Origin: Thermoplasmata archaeon
GTDB lineage: Archaea; Thermoplasmatota; Thermoplasmata; Lutacidiplasmatales; UBA184
Direction of reading: 5' to 3'
Assembly (NCBI GenBank): GCA_028864975.1
Contig: JAGWLG010000005.1
Span: 32,001-96,000, forward strand
Length of the DNA stretch: 64,000 nucleotides
The position numbers and the translations under genes are program-made. Positions 18,949 through 26,209 of this stretch are shown here, in pieces. Numbering within the stretch: position 1 is the first letter of the stretch; every line of letters begins with the position of its first letter. The notes beneath the pieces were generated by a model that ran no database searches, was not told the origin of the DNA, and worked only from the letters and a program-made list of their open reading frames with translations.

Positions 18949-21900
18949 ATGCGCTTCTCGACGGAACTCCGGTCGAACTCCCTGCCCGCGATCTCGCTCT
19001 TGCTCTTGATCATCGGGCTCCTTCTGGTCAGCGGGGCGCTGGTCGGCGGAACTTCCTCCCTCTTCAGCTCCCGGGAAAGCGCGGCGGTCCTCCCCACCGC
19101 GCTCCATCCCTCGACCGCGGCGGGGGCCTCGTCCCTCGCCGCGACCCCTTCCTACAGCAACGGCGCGACCTACCACTTCGACGGGAGCAACGGGAACGAT
19201 GGGCGGTCGGTCTGGGGGGTCAGCCCCTCGAGCTGCCAGTCCGTGGCGGGGTCGCGCCTGTGCATCCCCACCTCGGAAGGCTTCCTGGCCTACGATAACG
19301 GGGCTAAGGACCCCAACGGAGTCTCCGTCAACGCCCCGTGGTACATGGGCTCCTGCCGATGGAGCTGGGGAGGGAACGACTACGGGAGCGCCCCACCCTG
19401 TCTGGACATCTCGGGCACTTCCGGGCTGCCTCACGTCTGCATCCTCGCCAGCAATGGTCGCTCGGTCTCGGCCTACATCGATGACTCCGGCCCGGCCCCC
19501 TTCACGGGTCGCTACGGGGCCGGCGCGGCGACGATGAGCCATCTCGGGCTCTGGAACAATGCGGACCCCGACCCCGGTTACATCTATGCCGGGAGCTCCA
19601 AGGCCTTGGACGTCCACGATGGGAACGGCGCTTTCTGGGTCGATTTTCTAGGCTTCACAACGGCCGGTACGGGCCACTCCTGCACTGGGGGCGGCGGTAG
19701 CGGGGGAGGGAGTGGAGGAGGGAGCGGCGGGGGTGGAGGAAGCGGGGGACACTGCAACCTCTACGGCCCCCGGGTGTGCCATCCGCTAGATTCCAACCCG
19801 ACCCCAGGCGCGTGGTACCACATCCGGAGCGGCGACACGCTCTCGGGGATCGCATCCCGAGCGTACGGCCGTGCCAGCCTCTACACCATGATCGCGCACG
19901 TCGACCACATCGCCAATCCCGGTCTCATCTCGTCGGGATACTACCTCTGCATCCCTCATTCCAACGGCGGGGTCTGCCGGGCCGCGGGGAGCGGGGGTGG
20001 AGGTGGAGGCTCCGTCGCGTGCAACCTCTACGGCCCGCACAAGTGCACGCCCCTCTCCACCGCACCTTACCCGGGTGACTGGTACCGGGTCCACCGCGGA
20101 GACACACTCGGTTCGATCTCGCAGCATGCGTACGGGAACTCGAACAAGGCGTCGTTCATCGCCAACAAGGACCGGATCACCCACCCGAAAGTCCTGACCT
20201 CGGGCTGGTACCTCTGCATCCCCAAGACCAGTGGTGCCCTGTGCAAGGGTGGGCCGTCGGGCGGGGGCGGCGGGGGCGGGCACGGCGGTGGCGCGCACCC
20301 CACGTTCATGCCGTGGGTCTGCCAGTTCTGTTCCTGGTCGGGTTCGCGGCCCGCCTTCGCGAAGGAGTACGCGACCCTCGCCGGGGACATCCCGTCCATT
20401 TCCCAGGAGGGCTACTACCTCACGAGCTCTGGGGGGTTCGGCTCTCGCGGATACGCGGGGACGCTCAACGACCTGACGCCTTGGGCGAAGCAGCATCGCT
20501 CGGCGATGTTCCCGATGATCACCTCGTGCAACATATACGACCTGAACGCGTTCCTGACCTCCCCGTCGCTCTGGACCCCCTTCATCCACCTGGCGGTCGG
20601 CACGGCGAGCGCCAACGGCTACGCCGGCTACAACGTCGATTTCGAACCCGACCCCGGCTGCAACGGGGGGTCCGTCAACGGCAGGGATGCGGCCGCCTAT
20701 TCACAGTTCATGAGCTCGTTCGCGAGCGCCCTCCACGCCAAGGGGCTCAAGCTCCAGGGCGACTTCGCCCTCTGGAGCCCCAACTTCTGGTCCCTATCGA
20801 ACATGGGCCGCACCGGCGTGGACGACTGGGTCCTGATGGATTACACGTGCTCCGTGAGCTCGTTCCGAACGGCCGCGTCGACCGCCTTGCACTCGATCCA
20901 CGTCTCCCACTTGGGGCTGGGGCTGGACCCCGAGTACTGCGCCGGGTCTCCGCACGAGCTCTCCGACCTTCAGCAGGAGGTTCGTGCGGCCCAGCAGGAC
21001 AAGGTCAACTTCCTCGCCTACTGGGCGCTGGATGACGGCCCTGCCGCCATGCCCAGCGGGCTCTGGCCGACGATCCACGCCTTCCTCCTCGGCGGAAGCT
21101 CTGGGGGAGGGGGCGGTGGTGGCACGGGCGGCGGCCAGTGCGGAGGAAAGACGTACTGCCGCAGCGCGGTCGTAGCCTACGCCGACAAGTACTGGGACCG
21201 CGCGGTTTCGGACGGCTACTTCTTCTGGGACAGCTTGTGCCCGACGGGTCCCGGCTACCCGGCCCACCTAGGGAACGCGCACTACCTCTCCGGGTGCTTG
21301 CAGTACCACGGGGTCGACTGCGCCCACTTCGTCTCCAGCGCGATCGCGGCAGGTGGCATCTCCTTCTCGCGTGACTCGCACCGCTATGGAGGCTCGATCA
21401 CCGGTGACGTCAACGCCCAGGACCTGGTGAACTACCTCGTCTTCTCCGGCCTGGCCTACGTGGTCTCAAGCCCCTCCCATCTCCAGGTCGGCGATGTCGT
21501 CGGCTACTACGAGGGTTCGGGGGGCGGCTGGGGCATCGGTGGGACCGTGAACCACGTCGCGGTCGTGGACGCCACCGGTAGTGGCGGCCCGTGGGTGGAC
21601 GCCCACACGGGCTCCCAGCACCATGTCTACTGGAGCATGGGCGGCGGGATGGGTCCGTGGGTCCTGGTCCACATCAAGAGCCAGCGACCGTTCGTGAGCA
21701 GCGCGAGCTCGACCCCCACTTCGTCGGCCGCAGGGTCGGTCGCGACGAAGTCGGGTTCCGCACCGACCCATCTTTGGGCGATGGTCGAGGGCGGGGTCCT
21801 GACGACGCCGGTCAGCGTCCGTCTATCCTCCCCTTCCGAGGTCGTGAAGGTCGAGCAAGGGCCAAAGGGAGCTCCCACCGCTGTTCCTCTCCTGTGGGCG

Positions 21901-22080
21901 GAGCTCGCCGTGCTGGTCGGGTCTCCTTTCGGAGCGTTCCTGCTCAGCGTCGAGGTCGCAGCTCTCGCAGCCCTCGGGATGCTCGTGGTCATCTCTGGGA
22001 GAAAGAGTGGGACCACTTTGTCCTGTGCGCCTCGCGAGCTCGAGCCCAGGTCCGGGCGAAGTGCTCCCGGCGGGATTTGA
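18949..22080 (+). CDS. Secreted, membrane-anchored multi-domain putative peptidoglycan/chitin hydrolase (DPBB-like + 2 LysM + GH18 + Amidase_6-like)
   Basis: GAGGAG RBS and ATG 18949; signal peptide; LysM GDTLSGIA and GDTLGSIS; GH18 GYNVDFE and VLMDY; amidase GVDCAHFVS and NHVAVV; Gly linkers; C-terminal hydrophobic segment. Confidence 0.85.
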   Translation: MRFSTELRSNSLPAISLLLLIIGLLLVSGALVGGTSSLFSSRESAAVLPTALHPSTAAGASSLAATPSYSNGATYHFDGSNGNDGRSVWGVSPSSCQSVAGSRLCIPTSEGFLAYDNGAKDPNGVSVNAPWYMGSCRWSWGGNDYGSAPPCLDISGTSGLPHVCILASNGRSVSAYIDDSGPAPFTGRYGAGAATMSHLGLWNNADPDPGYIYAGSSKALDVHDGNGAFWVDFLGFTTAGTGHSCTGGGGSGGGSGGGSGGGGGSGGHCNLYGPRVCHPLDSNPTPGAWYHIRSGDTLSGIASRAYGRASLYTMIAHVDHIANPGLISSGYYLCIPHSNGGVCRAAGSGGGGGGSVACNLYGPHKCTPLSTAPYPGDWYRVHRGDTLGSISQHAYGNSNKASFIANKDRITHPKVLTSGWYLCIPKTSGALCKGGPSGGGGGGGHGGGAHPTFMPWVCQFCSWSGSRPAFAKEYATLAGDIPSISQEGYYLTSSGGFGSRGYAGTLNDLTPWAKQHRSAMFPMITSCNIYDLNAFLTSPSLWTPFIHLAVGTASANGYAGYNVDFEPDPGCNGGSVNGRDAAAYSQFMSSFASALHAKGLKLQGDFALWSPNFWSLSNMGRTGVDDWVLMDYTCSVSSFRTAASTALHSIHVSHLGLGLDPEYCAGSPHELSDLQQEVRAAQQDKVNFLAYWALDDGPAAMPSGLWPTIHAFLLGGSSGGGGGGGTGGGQCGGKTYCRSAVVAYADKYWDRAVSDGYFFWDSLCPTGPGYPAHLGNAHYLSGCLQYHGVDCAHFVSSAIAAGGISFSRDSHRYGGSITGDVNAQDLVNYLVFSGLAYVVSSPSHLQVGDVVGYYEGSGGGWGIGGTVNHVAVVDATGSGGPWVDAHTGSQHHVYWSMGGGMGPWVLVHIKSQRPFVSSASSTPTSSAAGSVATKSGSAPTHLWAMVEGGVLTTPVSVRLSSPSEVVKVEQGPKGAPTAVPLLWAELAVLVGSPFGAFLLSVEVAALAALGMLVVISGRKSGTTLSCAPRELEPRSGRSAPGGI

Positions 22081-22164
22081 ACCCACGTTGGAGGGTTTCC
22101 TCGGCGGAGTACGTCGCTTCGCCTCGAAGGCCCTCTATCCTTGACCGGACTAGACTACGGGAGC
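22062..22164 (-). tRNA. tRNA-Glu (TTC) with 28-nt intron at 37/38 (BHB motif); C at position 33
   Basis: Acceptor GCTCCCG/CGGGAGC + A73, D arm GTCT/GGAT, anticodon stem GAGGG/CCCTC, T arm GTGGG-TTCAAAT-CCCGC, BHB central helix CCTT/GAGG; TTAAG box about 28 bp upstream. Confidence 0.85.
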
Positions 22165-22256
22165 TTCGGGAGCGCGAACGGCGTCTCGGCCTTAAGGGCG
22201 ACGCAGCCTCGGCCCTCGACCGAAGGCCTTAGAGCGGGCTTACGCTCGGCTGGTCG

Positions 22257-22901
22257 ATGACCTCCAAGAAAAGGCCCAACGTGCCCCACAAGGATGCCCC
22301 CGCCGCAGATCCCCTGGCGGGATCGATGAACGCCGGGCTCGGGGACCTGGTGGGGGGCTTGGTCGGGGGGATCCTCGAGCAGGTGAAGCAGCTGGCAGGA
22401 TGGGTCGGCCATCCTCTGGCCCAGCCGCTCGACACGGCCGAGGCCCAACTCACGAAGGGGGCCACCGGCGGCTCGGTCTCTTCCGCCGAGATGGCGAAAG
22501 GCCTCGAGGTCCAGACCCGGGGATTGACGGGGGCCACGGTCCATGTGGTCGGGAGCGACACCTCCTCGGGGGTCAACGTGGGTCAGGGTGCGGACTGTGT
22601 CTGGGTCGTTCTCGTGGGGGATGAGGAAAGGTTGGACCACGCGTTCCAAGCTCTTAGGACCGAGATCTCTGAAGAGAACACGAAGTACCCGGCTTGCCAT
22701 GATGTGGTCTTCTGGACCCGCAAGTGGGACGCCACCGAGTGGTCGAAGGCCTTCGGGGCCGGCCTGGGCCCGCTCGCCGCCAAGCCGCTCTGGGCCAAGC
22801 TCTGGGATGCGAACGGCACCCTCGTGGGTCCGGTGGCGAGAGCACCCCCGGCGCTCGTGCCGATGGGAGACCTGAAGCTCGATCTCAGTGGCGGGGCCTA
22901 A
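22257..22901 (+). CDS. Hypothetical protein
   Basis: 214-aa ORF with normal composition, convergent with the HPS gene (4-bp overlap of stops). Confidence 0.6.
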   Translation: MTSKKRPNVPHKDAPAADPLAGSMNAGLGDLVGGLVGGILEQVKQLAGWVGHPLAQPLDTAEAQLTKGATGGSVSSAEMAKGLEVQTRGLTGATVHVVGSDTSSGVNVGQGADCVWVVLVGDEERLDHAFQALRTEISEENTKYPACHDVVFWTRKWDATEWSKAFGAGLGPLAAKPLWAKLWDANGTLVGPVARAPPALVPMGDLKLDLSGGA

Positions 22902-24202
22902 CCCACCTTCTCCCATCGCTCGAGCTTCTGGACCGAGGAGAGGGTCGATCCTCGCTTGATCTCCTCTCTCACGCGGTTCTCGTGCTCGAGCACGTCGAGC
23001 GCACGGTTCGCGATCTCCTGGGCCCGTTCTCGGGGCACCACGACCACGCCGCTCGCGTCCCCGACGACCCAGTCGCCGGGTCGGACCTTCTGGCCCCCGC
23101 AGACGATCTCGACACCGATCTCCCCGTGCCCCTTCGCCTCCCCCGCATCTGGGGCGATGTTCCGTGAGAAAAGGGGGAACCCCAGGTCCATGATCGAGTC
23201 GATGTCCCGGGCGGCCCCGTCGATGACCACCCCCGCCAACCCGCGTCCGTGGGCCGACCAGCTCGCAAGCTCGCCCCACATCCCCGTGTGACCCCCTCCG
23301 GCGTCGACGACGATCACGTCACCCGGCTGGGCACGGTCGATGGCCTCCACGGGTTTCGCCCAGTCTCCGTCCATCGTCCGCACGGTGAGGGCGGGCCCCA
23401 CCATCTTCGTGCGGAAGTCCTTGAGGTGCGGAAGGATCCCATGCATCGCGCCCTTCCGCTGGAGGGCGTCGGTGACGTTCGGGGCCGAGACCTTGAGAAA
23501 GGCCTCGCGGATCTCGGTGGCCCCATACTTTCGGAAGAGCTCGGTCTTGACCGGGGTCAACGTGTCGAGGGCCTTCCGAACGTTCCGCGTCGCCTCGGTG
23601 ATCTTCTCGGCCTTCGTGATCGCCCCTCCCACGATCACCACGCGAGCCCCCGCTTCGGCGGCCTTCGCCGCGGTCTCCGAGTTCAGCCCCCCCGCGACGG
23701 CGACGGGGAGTGGGGAGGCCTTGCAAAGCTCACGCAGCGCTTCGAAGGGGTCGACCCCACGCATCTGCTGGTCGATGCCGATGTGGAGGCAGACATAGGC
23801 GGCCCCAAGCTCGTGGGCCCTCTTGGCGCGCGCGATGGGGTCGGCGACCGCCAGAAGGTCGACCACGACCTGGGCCCCGTACTTCTCCCCGCCGCGGACC
23901 GCGTCCGCGATGGTGTCGTCATCGCTGGCCCCCAGGACCGTCACCAGGTCGGCCCCCGCCTTGGCCGCGATCTCCACCTCGAAGGAGCCGGTGTCCATGA
24001 TCTTCATGTCGGCCACGACGCGCTTGTCTCGGAACGCCTTCTTGAGCTCTCGGACCGCGTTCAGGCCCTCGCTCTTGATGAGCGGAGTGCCGGCCTCCAC
24101 CCAGTCGGCGCCTCCCTCCACGGCCTCCTTCGCGGCCTGAAGGGCGCGGTGGAGGTTCTCGAAGTCCAGGGCCACTTGGAGGACCGGTCGATCGGCGGGC
24201 AT
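22898..24202 (-). CDS. hxlA: Bifunctional 3-hexulose-6-phosphate synthase / RraA-like domain protein
   Basis: LQVALD, WVEAGTPLIKSEG, VADMKIMDTG, VAVAGGLN (HPS TIM barrel) fused to GPALTVRT..GDVIVVD..WGELAS..GVVIDGAARD..GDWVVGDASGVVVVP (RraA/HMG aldolase). Confidence 0.9.
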   Translation of the reverse strand: MPADRPVLQVALDFENLHRALQAAKEAVEGGADWVEAGTPLIKSEGLNAVRELKKAFRDKRVVADMKIMDTGSFEVEIAAKAGADLVTVLGASDDDTIADAVRGGEKYGAQVVVDLLAVADPIARAKRAHELGAAYVCLHIGIDQQMRGVDPFEALRELCKASPLPVAVAGGLNSETAAKAAEAGARVVIVGGAITKAEKITEATRNVRKALDTLTPVKTELFRKYGATEIREAFLKVSAPNVTDALQRKGAMHGILPHLKDFRTKMVGPALTVRTMDGDWAKPVEAIDRAQPGDVIVVDAGGGHTGMWGELASWSAHGRGLAGVVIDGAARDIDSIMDLGFPLFSRNIAPDAGEAKGHGEIGVEIVCGGQKVRPGDWVVGDASGVVVVPRERAQEIANRALDVLEHENRVREEIKRGSTLSSVQKLERWEKVG

Positions 24203-24227
24203 GAGGAGCTTCTCACACCCCCTTGCC

Positions 24228-24333
24228 CAAAGACCTTTCCCGTGGCCCCGCCGCTGGCACCCCTTCGACGCTCGAAAGGTCTAAGCCTGGCCAGGAGCCG
24301 TACCGGGACGGCTCGCAAAGAGCCTGGCCAGGC
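24228..24333. promoter_or_regulatory. Divergent promoter region with symmetric BRE/TATA-like elements, two CCTGGCCAGG palindromes and a hairpin
   Basis: AGACCTTTC (24231-24239) and GAAAGGTCT (24274-24282) are inverted; palindromes at 24286-24295 and 24323-24332; GAGCCGT/ACGGCTC stem at 24295-24314. Confidence 0.55.
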
Positions 24334-24334
24334 C

Positions 24335-25063
24335 ATGGACAGACCGATCATCCTCGACGAACCCTCGCGGCTTCCTGTGGGTGGCCACGCGCTGTCGATG
24401 TTCGCGTCGGACCAGGAAGGAGCCGATCACGCGGCGTCGTTCCTCTCTGGCGGCAAGGAGCCCGCGTCCTCTTCGTTCTGGGTAGGAGAGGCGTCAGCGT
24501 TTGAGGTGTACCAGAGGGCGGTGGAACGTTCGGCGCCACGCTTTGTGGAGAGCCTCCACGCACTGAAGGGGGCTCACGTGGAGTGGGTGGGGACCGACCG
24601 CCGTGCGCTTCGTCCCATCCCCGAGGTGCTCCAGTTCCTGCAGGAGCATCCGCAAGGACTGAGCGCGGGGGCCAACACGCTCAGTCACTTCTGGAGTCCC
24701 ACCGACATGCCCGCCTTCCTCGAGTACGAGAACTGGATCCAACAGCTTCCCCACGCCGAGGCCCGGCTGCTCTGTCCCTACGACCTGCGTCGTATCCCTG
24801 TGGCCTCCGCTCCGACCGTTGTCTCGACCCTCGCACGTCGGCACGACCACCTCGTCCTTTCTCGTACCCAGGATCCTTTGCTGACGATGCTCGAGCTCTT
24901 CCTCTTTCGAAAGGAGGCGGAGGTGCCCCCCTCCCTTCGACCGGCCCTCGAACGTGGGCTCGAGGACCGTTGGGTCCAGAGCGCCCCCGAGGGAGGGTTC
25001 GAGTGGACCGCCCGAGGAGAGCACTTCGTCGAAGCACTGGCCCGTTCCAAGAGATGGAGATAG
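24335..25063 (+). CDS. MEDS-like sensory domain protein with possible short C-terminal wing
   Basis: GGHALSMFAS..FLSGG start, LLCPYDLRRI motif typical of MEDS domains, C-terminal GFEWTARGEHF; start at ATG 24335. Confidence 0.6.
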   Translation: MDRPIILDEPSRLPVGGHALSMFASDQEGADHAASFLSGGKEPASSSFWVGEASAFEVYQRAVERSAPRFVESLHALKGAHVEWVGTDRRALRPIPEVLQFLQEHPQGLSAGANTLSHFWSPTDMPAFLEYENWIQQLPHAEARLLCPYDLRRIPVASAPTVVSTLARRHDHLVLSRTQDPLLTMLELFLFRKEAEVPPSLRPALERGLEDRWVQSAPEGGFEWTARGEHFVEALARSKRWR

Positions 25064-25181
25064 GCTCGCGATCGTGCTCGTGGGCCGTCCCTCGCGCGCC
25101 AGGGTTCAAGTTTAAGCCGACAAGGTGAGTATCTTCTACTCCGGCAGAGCACGACCATCGCATTTCAGGAGCTGACCCCCC

Positions 25182-25688
25182 TTGTTCAATCGGGACTATT
25201 CGGGATCTCCCTACGTGATGGAGACCGTCCGGCCGATCGAGATCCCGGTGATCGCCCAGGTCAAGCGACGGCTGGCCGAGGGGCAGTTCGCCGAGGCGGT
25301 GACCCTCGCCTACCACACCGCGGTCCTGGACCTTCAACGGGCCTACCGGACCCAGTTCCCCGCACACTGGACCCACCTCGACGTGGTCCAGTGGACCCGT
25401 CGCAACAACCTCGGCATCGTCGCGGATTGCATCTCGAAGCTCTATCAGTCCTACGAGCCCGTCCGATACGGTCGCGCATCGGACGTGCAGAGGGCGGACA
25501 TCGTGAGCCCGCTCACCAGCCTGTACGCCCAGAGCCCCCTCTGGAGGCTCTACGCTCCGAGCAGCGTCGCCGGTTACGGGTACGGGAACGGCTACGGGAA
25601 CGGGGGGGGCGGTGCCTATGCGAACGCCCTAGGCTACTCCGGCTATGGTCGGTACGGGGAGGAGCGGTCGCTTCCGCCACCACCATGA
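25182..25688 (+). CDS. DUF4129-like protein (MoxR operon member)
   Basis: AVTLAYHTAVLDL..KLYQSYEPVRYG; stop overlaps the next ATG; start uncertain. Confidence 0.6.
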   Translation: MFNRDYSGSPYVMETVRPIEIPVIAQVKRRLAEGQFAEAVTLAYHTAVLDLQRAYRTQFPAHWTHLDVVQWTRRNNLGIVADCISKLYQSYEPVRYGRASDVQRADIVSPLTSLYAQSPLWRLYAPSSVAGYGYGNGYGNGGGGAYANALGYSGYGRYGEERSLPPPP

Positions 25689-26209
25689 GCGCCGACCTGG
25701 GTTCGTTCCTCACCGCGCTCTTCACCGACCCGGTCTACGGGCTGCCGCTCTTGATCTGGGCGATCGTGGGGATCGTCTGGCTCCTGTGGGGCCACGGCTC
25801 GCTCCCCCCCGCGCTCCTGCCGTATCGGGCCCACCGCGTCCGGTCCGTCGACCCGGTCTCGTCCATGTACTGGGCGCTCGCCGAGAAGCGATATTCCGAG
25901 ACCCTGCTCTTCGCCTACCAACGCCTCGACGCCGCCTTCCAGCGGCGCTACGGGATCAGCATCCGGTTCATCCCATGGCGACGCAAGCACCAGCTCCGCT
26001 ACGGCATCGAGGACCCCAAACCGTTCGAACGCGCGGTCCGCCTCATGGTCAAAACGCTCGATGGCGCGACGACGCTGGAGGGCAAGCCCGCCATCCGCGC
26101 GGTCGCGCACATGCTCCGACCCTACCGCGAGAGGAAGATGTTGGATCGCTTCCACCGGGTCATGAGCGACCTGGATTGGATGTTGCCCTTCCTGGAGGGT
26201 TCGGCATGA
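25685..26209 (+). CDS. Membrane protein (N-terminal TM, DUF4129-like helical domain)
   Basis: ATG 25685 overlapping the upstream stop; TM YGLPLLIWAIVGIVWLLWG; stop overlaps the MoxR ATG. Confidence 0.7.
   Translation: MSADLGSFLTALFTDPVYGLPLLIWAIVGIVWLLWGHGSLPPALLPYRAHRVRSVDPVSSMYWALAEKRYSETLLFAYQRLDAAFQRRYGISIRFIPWRRKHQLRYGIEDPKPFERAVRLMVKTLDGATTLEGKPAIRAVAHMLRPYRERKMLDRFHRVMSDLDWMLPFLEGSA

Noticed and set aside
19690-21135. GGC/GGG-rich runs as non-coding repeats
   Set aside because: They encode poly-Gly inter-domain linkers
22062-22164. tRNA-Arg(TCG) reading of the tRNA gene
   Set aside because: Needs a C-A mismatch closing the anticodon stem, an extra base after the D arm and a broken BHB helix; acceptor, D loop and 4-nt variable region fit Glu
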